Source of the DNA: Sminthopsis crassicaudata
Lineage: Eukaryota
Direction: 5' to 3'
Length of the DNA stretch: 64,000 nt
Assembly: GCF_048593235.1 (NCBI RefSeq)
Contig: NC_133618.1
Span: 513,565,675 to 513,629,674, forward strand
The translations under genes were made by a program, and so were the position numbers. A model generated the notes under the pieces. That model had not been told where the DNA came from. It ran no database searches and worked only from the letters and a program-made list of their open reading frames with translations. Shown here piece by piece: positions 1 to 11,000 of this stretch. Position 1 is the first letter of the stretch. Every line of letters begins with the position of its first letter.

Positions 1-104
1 ATGGAGTGTGACAAAGAGGCGATTCCATGGGTCACTCTCAGGGACAACATGGGCCACAGAGAAAGGCGGCACCCCCTGGCCACGGGACTCCTCCTGCCCC
101 ACCT

Positions 105-166
105 GACGCGTCCAGTCTCAGCGCTCTCACCCAGCTCTGGCTACAATCCAGCTTTTCAGTAGCGTC
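105..166. promoter_or_regulatory. PSMB11 proximal promoter with FOXN1-type GACGC motifs (palindrome GACGCGTC 105-112; GCGTC 162-166)
   Basis: Motifs read directly, about 118 and 60 nt upstream of the ATG at 223. FOXN1 binding GACGC and driving Psmb11 is established in mouse. Confidence 0.55.
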
Positions 167-222
167 CCGTGTTCCCCATATAACCCTGCCCAGTTCCATC
201 TAGTCCTCACTTGCTGCCTGAG

Positions 223-1008
223 ATGGCTCTGGAGAATGTGTGCAGCTGGCAGGCGCCCAAAGCCCTGTGGCCTCGCCTGCCTGGGGCCGGGGACTGGGCT
301 CTCCCTAGGGGCTGTGAGCCTCATGTTTTTCTGCAGACACAGGGCCCAGAACTGGCCCACGGCACCACCACCCTAGCCTTCCGATTCCGCCATGGGGTCA
401 TTGCTGCAGCAGATACCCGCTCTTCCTGCGGTTCCTATGTGGCCTGCCCTGCTTCCCAGAAAGTCATCCCTGTGCACCAGCACCTTGTGGGTACCACCTC
501 GGGCACCTCCGCTGACTGTGCCACCTGGTACCGAATACTACAGCGGGAACTGCGCCTTCGGGCTCTGAGGGAGGGCCGGCTGCCCTCTGTGGCAGGGGCT
601 GCCAAGCTGCTCTCCAGCATGCTCTTCCGTTACCGGGGCCTGGGGCTGTGTGTGGCCACAGCTCTGTGTGGCTGGGACCAGGCCGGCCCTGCCCTCTTTT
701 ATGTCTACAGTGATGGGACCCTCCTGGCTGGTGATGTCTTCTCCGTGGGATCTGGCTCGCCCTATGCCTACGGGGTGATGGACCGGGGCTACCGCTATGA
801 CATGAGCATCCAAGAGGCCTATTCTCTGGCTCGCCGAGCCGTGGCCCATGCCACCCGCAGGGACGCCTACTCTGGGGGCTCTGTGGACCTGTACCACGTG
901 AAGGAGAGTGGCTGGGAGCGAGTGTCCCGAGAGGACGCCTGCGTGCTGTATGCGAGCCTGCAGGAGACCGGGGACTCGGGAGAAGAGACCGCCCCTCCGT
1001 CCCCCTGA
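223..1008 (+). CDS. PSMB11: Thymoproteasome subunit beta-5t, intronless, 261 aa as assembled (first ATG 223; the ORF track starts at TTG 211)
   Basis: [10 protein letters not shown]...LAHG|[21 protein letters not shown]: propeptide, catalytic Thr1 (codon 364-366), Asp17, Lys33. Hydrophilic beta5t pocket residues S20, S31, T45, T48. SGSPYAYG and RDAYSGG motifs. No introns. Confidence 0.96.
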   Translation: MALENVCSWQAPKALWPRLPGAGDWALPRGCEPHVFLQTQGPELAHGTTTLAFRFRHGVIAAADTRSSCGSYVACPASQKVIPVHQHLVGTTSGTSADCATWYRILQRELRLRALREGRLPSVAGAAKLLSSMLFRYRGLGLCVATALCGWDQAGPALFYVYSDGTLLAGDVFSVGSGSPYAYGVMDRGYRYDMSIQEAYSLARRAVAHATRRDAYSGGSVDLYHVKESGWERVSREDACVLYASLQETGDSGEETAPPSP

Positions 1009-1300
1009 GCCTTCTCCTCTGTCCCCCACTTGTACTTGGCGCTCACTGAACCAACCGGCCAAAGGGCGCAGCACGAGGCTCCAGGAGAAGGGGCTCCTGG
1101 AGGCAAAGAAGACTGAGAAATGCTGGGAGGAGCCAGCAATACATGGCAAGCATGCTGACAAGGGGGCCAAGTGAATGAAGACCATCATGTGATTCTATCC
1201 TCTCCAGATCTCCCTCCATCCAGACTGGAAGCTGCCTTCCCGACTAAATGACTTCTGTCCTCGTCCTCCCATCCCTCCCATAGATCCTTCAAGCCTTCCC

Positions 1301-2883
1301 CCTGCTCTGACTCCCCCCCTAAGAATGTAACCTGGGCTCCCTAGATTCATTTTCCTCTCACCCATGTCTCCTTCTGTGCTCTCTCACACGTGTGAGAGCC
1401 TTTCTACCTTTTTGTTTTCTTCATTGAGACTTCGGTTCCTTCCTGCTTTTAGCTGTTTCTCTCTTCTGCTTTCCCCCTTTCTTTGTTTTCCTCTAATTCT
1501 GAAGGTAGGACTACTTTTGGCACCCTCCCGTTGTTCCCTCCATCTCATCCAACACTGCCCTCCGCTCTGCCCAGCCTGATTCTTACACTAGGACACTGGG
1601 GATGCTGGAGTCTGACCTCCGTGCAGGGGTTAATTAATTTCTGAGACTCAAGGCTTCCAGCTCCACAGTTCTATAGTTCCATGTGGCCCTGCTCTGTCAG
1701 AGACTAGGGATTCTCTTTGGGGGGAGGAAGGGGGAACAAATCCTGGGGCTGGGCTGCCTGACATTTTCCTGTAAGGGCTGAGATCTCCAAATCATTAAAA
1801 TTAAATTCAACCAGTATTTATTATGCACCCAACTATGTGTCGCAGTGTCTGGGGTAGGAAAGGGATGTGAAGATGAACTTTTAGTTCAAAGTCGCCTTTG
1901 TTCTCAAGAAGCTTACAATCTACCAATGTGAATCGTCCTTGCCTCTACCTAAGGCTCATTTCTGCCCCCCATCCTTCCCTTCCTGTAGTTAGCCTTGACT
2001 GCAAAGTCTCTGGAAAGGTGGCAATTTGATTAGCGTAATTTTGTCAGAGCCTATACTCCCCTTTTTCTGTCTCCAGGGCAGGGAATAGCACTGTTTGCTA
2101 CTAGAAAGGCTCCAGAGACGTCAGCCCCTTCTACCACTTTCCCCTTGAGAAGAGGTTTTAATTCTGGTTCACTGAGGAGGGGATAGAAAAGAGGGAAGAG
2201 GATGTGGTACCCAACTAAACCGTGCTCTTGGGGGCCTCTGAACCTGGAGCAGCCCTGCCTCAGTCTGAATGAGCTTTCTCTGAATCTCATAGACAGATAT
2301 TTTAGAGGTTTCAGGTTTGGGGGGGTAGCCCAGGTTCTTTCCCTACACATTTCTTTCTCAACTGGGAGGTACACAAATACTATAGTATTTCTGATCATGC
2401 AGATTAACTGTCCCCATGTCCTTGGCTTCCTAAGGAGAGATGAAAGGAGGTCTGCAGAAAGGGCAGTCACAAGAGCCTCTTCCTCCTCCCCAAAGCCACT
2501 ATCTCAGTTCTTCAGGAATTCAAAAGACCATGACAAGAAGGATTTCATGAATTGCGTCCTATTTAGAGAACAGTTTCATTCTGTTCTCTAAAATGAAATA
2601 ATACTTTAAATAATAAATAAACAAATAGCAATTTAAAAAATAATAAATAAAATAAAGTAGACCAACCACCTTGTTCTACAAAATATAGACAAATGGGGGG
2701 GGGGGGAGAAACATTTGTATATAAACTCAGATTGAGAGGAACAAGATAGAGGGGAGAGGTTGAGGTACATTAATAAATATGTGTCTTCATCTCTCCTTGT
2801 CCTCTGATCACTCCTTCTCTCCTGCTCTGAATTCCCCTCCCCCCAAGAATGTAAACTGGACTCCCTAGATTCATTTTCCTCTC
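1301..2883 (+). repeat. Dispersed direct repeat of about 60 bp (copies 1301-1359 and 2821-2883)
   Basis: cctgctctga..ccccc.aagaatgtaa.ctgg.ctccctagattcattttcctctc occurs at both sites. Confidence 0.75.
1806..1922 (+). mobile_element. L2-like LINE 3' relic
   Basis: attcaaccagtatttattatgcacc..ctatgtg ... gttctcaagaagcttacaatcta resembles the L2 3' terminus. Confidence 0.5.
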
Positions 2884-5559
2884 CTTTATTTCTCCTTTAT
2901 TCTCCTTTGGGGCTGTGAGACCATCAAACTCAGCTTCATGGGAGTGGCTGAATAACCTAGCTCGGGAGATATTTTATTGAGGGTAGATCCTGGTTCTTGT
3001 TATTTCTCTCCTTTCCACTTATCTTCCTCAGTTACCATTAAGCAAATGACTGAAAGAGAAACAGACCCAGACAGACAGACAGACAGAGACAAACAGAAAC
3101 AGGGACAGAGAAAGAGCATTTTCAGAAGGAACTAGGTAACATGAGAGAGTCAGAAGGGCCAGGAGGGTCCAGAATGATGTGGCAGAGAAGTAGACATGAT
3201 GACTGTGTGGACGGAGGGAGGAGGGCTTCCAAAATCAGGCACTAGAGCTGGAGAATACAAGGAAAAGACAGGGAAGAGAAACGTTTTTGTGTGTGAAAAT
3301 TGGGCTAAAAAGGGCGTATTGATAGGGTGATGTGTCCCATCCCATTTACCTTCCCTGGAGTTGTCCCCCATCTTATCCCTTGAGGAAGTTCAGCCAGTTC
3401 ACATTCGCTGTCAGGTGGCTCTTGTGGCATCTTCCAGAGAGGTCAAAGTCAGTGCCTTCATCCTCCATCCTAGCTCTTGGATTCCTGAAACTACTCCCCA
3501 AAACTCTCTCTCTTTTTCTTTTCCTTTCTCTCTTCAATTCCTTTTCCCTAGTTTGTTCTTGGGAGTAGGATGAGAAAACAGGTGGCATAGCAACAGAAAA
3601 AATTAGGTTTATGGCAAAAGGAATGGTCTCATTGGCATGTTACTGTCTATCCCAGCAAGTTGACAATTTTGACAACTCTGATTATGACTTGGCAACAGAT
3701 TGTGGCTGAAAAAAGGATGTTAAATCCTGCAGAGGGGTTCAAAAAATCAGTTGTACAAGTTCAAGTTCAAGAGGGAAGAAGTTATGGCTAAACCAATAAT
3801 TCCGATTAACAAAATTTGGGGGTCAGGGACAGAAAGCTGAGAATCTGATTCTAGGACCTTGTTCTGGCTAAGTTATAACCAGCTTCCCATCAAGTCTTCT
3901 TTCTGGGACTTTACTTCCCTTCCCCTCCCCCAATTCTTCAAGTCTTCCCCTTCCTTTCCTTGGAACATCTAATTCCCATGCTGGCCCGCTTCTTCTATGG
4001 ATGTTTCTTATGGGGCCTTCATTTGGGACAGGGGCCCAGGTCAATCCTTGCTTCATTGTGCTTCCCCCTTTCTGAAAACACTAAATCTCAAAGTTGAGTA
4101 CTTCTGCTCCTAATTTGTGTATTGTTTTCCACTACTAGAATGTAAGGGTGTTATAAATGCTTTTTTACCTAGGTACATTTCCTCCCCTCAATTGCCTCCC
4201 TGAAGAACTACTACCTCCTTTGGGAATCCTCTCAGGCCTGTCTGAGAGTCTAGAGGATTTTAATAGTCCTTTGTTACCAGAACCAGAGCTTTCCAATATA
4301 CTTCCAGTTCATGGCAGGTGTCATAGGAATGTTGAAGGAAATTATGGGGAAACCGGGAGAAGAAGGACAGAAGAACATGGGAAGCAAAGCGAAAGGGGAA
4401 ATGACAGAGGAGGTTGGTGGATGATTAGAAACCTTCAGAGTGAGAAAGCAGTCTGGGCTGTGGACTGGAAGTCGAGTGGCAAGCTGGAGAAGAAAATGGG
4501 TGGCCAGTTAAATTCAAACCTTCCTTTTGATAAAATTCCATTCTCCCATAGCACCCTTGCACCTCTCAGGGCATGCTTTGAGAACTGTAAAGAAAGGACT
4601 GATTTCAGGGGGAGAGGAGTGTCAGGTGAACTTCCCAGCTTCTAATGTTCAAATTATGTGTGTGTATGGAAGGGAGATGATATCTATAATCAGTGATTGA
4701 TATACAGTAAAAACAGATCAACAATTAGGGCTGGATTCCCCTGGGCAGAATCCAGAATCCCCTTGAGAGAATCCAAAAAGGACCTGGTTCTAGGTTTTAA
4801 ATGTTTAATTATAGTCCAAGTGTAATGGGTCTGTACCTATATTCACACATTTGTGGGAGTCTGTTTGCAAACTAATAATAGCTCACATTCGTGTAGCTCT
4901 TTAAGCTTTACAAAGGTTTACATGGGAAGAAGGTGATCGTCACCAGCATTGGCTTATGTACATATAAAAATTTAAACACAAAAATGGCAACACAGATGGA
5001 GAGACACATGACACACACATAGCCCCCGCAGTCAGAGCCATGAAAATTGTCTCTAGATTTTCCATGTTCTTTCTCTTGCTCTAGAAAAGGGAAGTGAGGT
5101 CAGTTAAAGGTCCCCTTCTTTCTCATTTCTTGACTCCTCAGTTCTGTCCTGGAGAATTGGAGTACAGAAAAAGGACAGGGAAGAAGGAGGCTGTTTTTTA
5201 GGGAATTCCATGGAGTTAGTAGCCAGGAGGTCTCTCAGCTGGTAGGGGCCAGTGTCTCAGACTGATCCTCTGCAGATCTGGGTGGGGGGAGAGGGCGGAT
5301 GGGATGGAAGAGACAAAGACAGAGACAGAGACAGAGAGAATGCAATCTTTCGGCGTCCATGGGGAGGGTCATTTTGGTCCTCTTTGAGCACAAAGGACAA
5401 ACAATGGGATAAGACTAGGTGACCACTAAAGTCCATTTCACAACTAAGATTCTATGAGCAGACTCAGATTGAGCGGGAGAGGGTATGGGTATGGACCCTT
5501 TCTTTCCTTTAATTTCTGTTCTCACCTTTCTTCTTAGGACTATGGATTTAGGACATGTA

Positions 5560-5670
5560 GTCTATCTCTCATTTTGAAGAGGAGGAAACTGAAATTCAAA
5601 GGGGTTTAAATGTCTTGCCCAAAGGTCACAGAGGTAACAAGAAGCAGATTGAGAATTTGGACCTAGGTCC
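5560..5670 (-). mobile_element. MIR/CORE-SINE relic
   Basis: cattttgaagaggaggaaactgaaattcaaaggggtttaaatgtcttgcccaaaggtcacag is a MIR core. Confidence 0.6.
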
Positions 5671-6966
5671 TCTGTATTTAGAGCCAGTTTTTGCTGCTGT
5701 GCACTGTTGCCTCTCCTCCTCCTCTATTTTCTCCTTCTTCCCTTATGCTTTTCTCCTACTCTGTCTTTCTTCCTCTTCTCAGCCCTCCCTTAGCTCTTTC
5801 TTTTTTCTCCCACTCTCCAGTCCTTCAGATTGGTAAGTTATTTATGAATCCAATGACAGTTCTCAGGGTGGTGAGGCTCTCGTCCACATATCCTTCCCGA
5901 GTCCTTCCTGACCTTATTGTTAGTAAAGCAGATGATTATGGGGGCGTTGGGGAGGAGAGAGTCCTAAAAGGGGATGAGTATAGGGTTGGAGAAAGGCAGG
6001 AAGGGCAGGCATCTGTGTCGCAGTTCCCATTCTCCCTGCCCTGGGTCTATAGCCATTCCGATGACTAGGAAGGTATCAAGGACTATCTCTTGGATCAGGG
6101 TAGAGAAGCTGACTCTCCTGACCCCATCTCAACACATGCTCTTCGCTGGGAAAAAAGAGCAAGGTCCATGGGGAGTGTAAGGGATCCCCAGATGTTGTAT
6201 TTCTCATCCGTATTATCCTTGATGACCTTTCTCTTAATTGAAAAAGGACTAGTGATCATCTTTTCCAATCCCTTTCTTTTGCCAGACCAGGAATATACAC
6301 GATTGGATATTTTGTATTGTATATTGTACCTTTTCTTATTTCCAATTTCATTTACTTATCTTATTTAATCTCTTTGAACTCAGTTTTATAATCTGTAAAA
6401 TAGAGATAATACTTCTACTATCTAAATTGTTATGTTATGTTAAATATGTTATGAGGAGAGTTATATAAACCTGAAAGTTAAGTGAGTTATTTTTTATTCT
6501 GCCAGCGGTCCATCCCTGAATTTTTCCCATCTTCTTCCTAATGGTTTCTCTTTTAGCTTCCCCTCATTCCACTTCAGTCCTGCAGTGACTGCTCTCCATT
6601 GCCTCTTTCGGTGACTCTTCTTCCAAATCTGAGTCTTGCCAGATGCAAATGGAGACTGATGGAATAGAACATCTGATTGATTGCTAGACTCAGTTCCCCC
6701 TTTTCCCGATACAGAATGAGCCCCTGGTCAGCCACCCCCTTTGGTGATGAACCCAGAAGGGAGGGGAGGAAAGGAAAGGCCAGGGACAAGAGCAGAGAGG
6801 GAGGAGAGGATAGAGAGCTAAGCTACATCTCATATCAGAAGAAATGGGCAGTGTGGGGACAGGGCTAAGGCCTTCACACTTGGCTTCTTTGTGCCATGAA
6901 ATCCTATAATGAAACCTTGGTTTAAAAGCACAGCCACCACTAAGACCTTACAAAATAAAGTGTTTG

Positions 6967-6972
6967 TTTATT
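6967..6972 (-). terminator. CDH24: Candidate CDH24 polyadenylation signal AATAAA
   Basis: tttatt on +, about 1.1 kb past the stop codon at 8051. Confidence 0.45.
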
Positions 6973-8050
6973 ATGAAATTAGAGATGAAGGCCCCTCCCT
7001 CCCTCCCACTTTCTCTCTTCCCAGCTTCTCCCCCCACCCCCTATCCCCCACATTCCCTTCCCCTTGGGACATGGAAGCACACGATGTGAAATGCCCAGAG
7101 TAGGCCAATAGCCAGACCACCCCCAGGGCCATAGCTCCCCAGAGATGTGGCCTGGGGGGCAGACTCAGGATTTTGGCCCCTTGGGCAAGGGCCTAGCTCC
7201 CTCTCCCCGCTGGAGGTCAGTTGGGCCAGGGTGAGGCCATGAGTGATGGATGGAAACCATGCGGGCAGGATCTGTAGGAAAATGAAAGGAGAGGTAAAGG
7301 TCTACATTCTCCCCTATCTCATTCCCAGTGTGAAATGTTCCCTCTCACTTAGCTCTGCCCCCAAGGAAGTAAGAGATCTCTGGAGGCCCACCCCTGTCCC
7401 TCTGCCCAGCTTCACTGATGAAGGGGCAGTGTCCGCTCCCCAGCACCAAGCTCTGGGTCAAGCACTGACCTGGGGTGAAGTATTCCCCATAGGCGGGTGG
7501 CATCAGTGGCTGGAAGTTTTCTTTTCTTGAGATGGGTGACGGAAAAATCAAAAAGCTGTTAAAACTTGGTCACAGAGACCCAGAGAAAACCACGGGGGTG
7601 TGGGCAGGAGAAACAGAGATGGATAGACATAGGCTGTGCAAGAGAGACAGGCAGGGAGAGCTTCAGGGGGAGGGACGGACGGACACGCTAAGTCTGACAA
7701 AAAGACACAGAGAGAAAGGCGGAGGCACACTTGGGAGAGCCAGAGAGAGAGGAAGAGCACACAAAGAAATGTAGAGTGAGAGGAAGAGAGGGAAGCTTAT
7801 TCAGACAAAGATGTAGGCAGTCAGAGAAGGAGACACACACAAAGAGACAGACAGGGACCCACGGAGTAAGAATTAGAGAAAAGAGACGGCAATAGGAAAA
7901 GGATCAGAGACTTGAGAGTGGAAGGACCAGTGGACCAGGGGCTGGTGGCTGCTGCCCACTGGACCCCGTGGAGCTCCCTCTGAGAGGGCATGTAAGTGGG
8001 CACAGCTTGGACAGGGGCTCCACAGAAACAGGCAGGATTAGGACTAGTCC

Positions 8051-11000
8051 TCAAGGGGCAGGGGGCTCCTTTGCCCCATACAGCTCAGCCAAGGTACGAA
8101 AAAGTGGCCCCCAGTCATCCAGGGGTTCAGCGGGCCCTGAGGGGCCACCTGCCTCACTGCCTGAGCCCAGAGAACTGAGGGAGCCACAGGAGGAGCCTCG
8201 GCCTTCATAGCCATACACCTGCACGGAGTCATAGGGTGGGACACCGGGGTCTTCGTCAGCTTCGCGAAGCCTCAGGGCCAGCAGCTGCACCACATCTGCA
8301 GTACCGGGGGGCCGTGGCTGCCGAGGAGGCTGGGCCCTGGGCAGCACGTCTCGGCGTGCCGGAGGAGCGGAGGCAGGAGGGGCCGCCCCGTCGGGGTTCT
8401 GAAGGGCCGTGATGTCGAAGGCCTCTGTGTCCTCCTCACCACCGCCCTCATCATCATAGGTGATGATGTTCTCTCGAACGTCCTCCTCCTCCAGCACCAT
8501 CAGTGCCTCTTGCTTCTGTCGCCGGAGGGCCACGAACAGTACAACCAGGGCTGCGAGGAGGGAGAAGTCAGCTCTCCCGCACCAGAGGCCCCCACTTCTC
8601 TGGGACAAGATCCCAGGCCCCACTCAGGGCGTCCCCTTTCTTAGTGTGTCTGTGCCAAGGCTACCCCAGGGATGTCCCGCTCCTGCCTGGCTCCCCCTAA
8701 TGTCCCACCGTGACCCGCGGGGCCTTTTACCTAGCAGAGTGCCCACACAGGCAAGAATAGCAAGCAGAGCCCCGGTGCTGAGCCCTGCCGGGGAGAGCTG
8801 AGCCTCGGGCCGGCACGAGGTCACCGAGCCATCGGGCTTACAGCGGCATATGCTGATCGTCACCGTGGCCGTGCTGCTCAGGGCCGGCTGGCCCCAGTCT
8901 CGCAGCTCGATGGGCACCAGGTAGGGCTCCCGGCGGGGCGACACCAGGCGGGGGGGCAGCAACACACTGGCAGATCCATCTACAGAGAGAAAGACAAAAT
9001 CAGAGATAGAGAGGGAGACAGAGAGAGAGGAGAGACACGGAGAGTGAGCAAGAGGGGGTGGCAAGAGGCAGAGGGACCAGGGCTGAAGGCAAGAGCAGGG
9101 TGGCTAGAACCAAGCCCAGAGGCGTTTTAGGCCATGCCAATCCATCTTGGTGCAGTGGAAGTCATGAGCTTCAAGGTCGGGGCAAGACTTAGGAAGGGGA
9201 GATGTACACATTTATTAAAAAAAGAGAGAGAAAAGCAGTCAGCAAAACAAAGCACAGGCCCATCCCCATCTGTTATTTTTGGTTGGTGGCAGCACCCTTG
9301 CTGGGGGAGGAGGGAAAACAGACAAGGTTAAATTGGGGGTAGGGGGTAATAGAGGTGAACTTGGGTGAGAATCACGGTACGAGGGGCAGTACGTTGGGAG
9401 AAGCTGTGCGAGTTACAGAGGGCACATCATTTGCAGTTGCAGAACGGTATGGAGTCATCCTACTTGCAATGAGCTTGCCAGCCCCCTGGCCCAGCCCTTC
9501 CTGTGTTCCTGACCCTGGAGGATAGGGCTCTGGAGGAAGGGGGGAGAGGAGGGGTCCTGGAGGGACATACTGATGCACACTAAGGGAAAACTTAAGGCAG
9601 AGAGATGGGATATTTGAAGGTATGTGGGGGGGGAGTCACCTACCTCGATTGTCTCGGACAGTGAAGTTGGCATCGGGGCCCAGGGGGCTACTCAGGGAGA
9701 CATAGCTACTGTTGCCAACTTCATCCCGGTCCAGAGCCCGGACAACCTGAATTAGCTGTGAAGGAGAGGAGGGCTCAGAGCTCTCAGAGCGCCTGGGGAC
9801 CCTGCCCCACCTCTGGCACGGAAACAAACTGTACTCACCTGGCCAGGGGCAGCCGTGTCACACACAAAGGTGTCGTAGGGCTCGGCCAGCTGCGGGGCAT
9901 TGTCATTCTCATCAAGCGTCTGGATGGCGACCTGTGCCCGGGAGGCCTGTGCAGAGCTGTCTGAAGTCAGAACACACATGCACATCCCTACACACGGGCC
10001 CAGGGGCTCATCTACACACGCACGGAGCCCATAGAGGCCGGCAGCACGGGCTGTGTGCCGGGGCCCACCGAGGGTGGGCCCACCTCACTAGAAACGTGTG
10101 CAGGGACTACATTCAGCAGGGTGCACACACATGCAATGTCTGCCTCCACCGTCCTGGAAGCTCATGCACTCCCAGGAATCCAAGCTGCAGCTGTGAGCTG
10201 AACTTCCCCTAGGGGCTCAGAATGTATGGGCAAGGGGGGGCCAAAGTCAGAGCGGCCTTTCCACCTTCCTGTTGGTCCTGGCCCTCCCTCCAACACTCAG
10301 CCCTCCCTCCTCTGCTTAACTCATGCCCACCCAAACAGCTGGCCAGATGCCCTCAAGAGTCAGCCTGCAAGATCATCAGCTGTCCTCCTGTCACCTGGAT
10401 CCTACCGCCTCCCCCAGGCTGAGTCACCCTACTTCCATACACTCGCCACCCAGCCCTGCGGCTCTCGCCCAGCCTTCCCTGTATCCCTAATGCTGGGAAC
10501 CCCAGGGGGGCTCTGGAGAACATGCTGCAGTGAGACTCCAAGACATAGAAGGGAGCATGGGAAGAGACCCTGTCCCCAGCTTTGGGCCCATTAGACCCAC
10601 GAGAAGGAGACGTAACCTAACGAAAGCCAAGCATTGCAGACAAAATCCCTGGATAGAAGTCTGAGGAGGTTCCCCCCCACCCCCGCCCCAACTCGGGGGC
10701 CTACGTTTGATTGCTTCTGCAGTGAGCTCTGACAGGGTGGATGAGAGGGTCTGAGTGTGGCAAGAACAGGGAGAAGAAACATCCCAGACACAGGAAGGGG
10801 ACAGCCTGTTTGATCCAATGTTTACATTTAACAATTTAAGTAACAAAGTGTTAGTGGGTTTGATGAGGGGAAGGTAGGAACCCTGAGGACAAGAGTGCAC
10901 ATTATAGACTTGCACATGAACACAAATACATTCGTCCGTTCATGTACGATGCACAAAACCGCACCGGCATAGCAGAGCATACACACATATCCATGCACAC

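Noticed and set aside
538-1188. 216-aa antisense ORF over PSMB11
   Set aside because: Shadow of a GC-rich coding exon; no recognisable motifs.
6643-6650. Octamer ATGCAAAT
   Set aside because: A single 8-mer is expected by chance in 64 kb; no supporting context.
10061-10081. Perfect 9-bp hairpin GGGCCCACC-GAG-GGTGGGCCC near a CDH24 acceptor
   Set aside because: Too short and GC-rich to exceed chance; no miRNA or snoRNA features.
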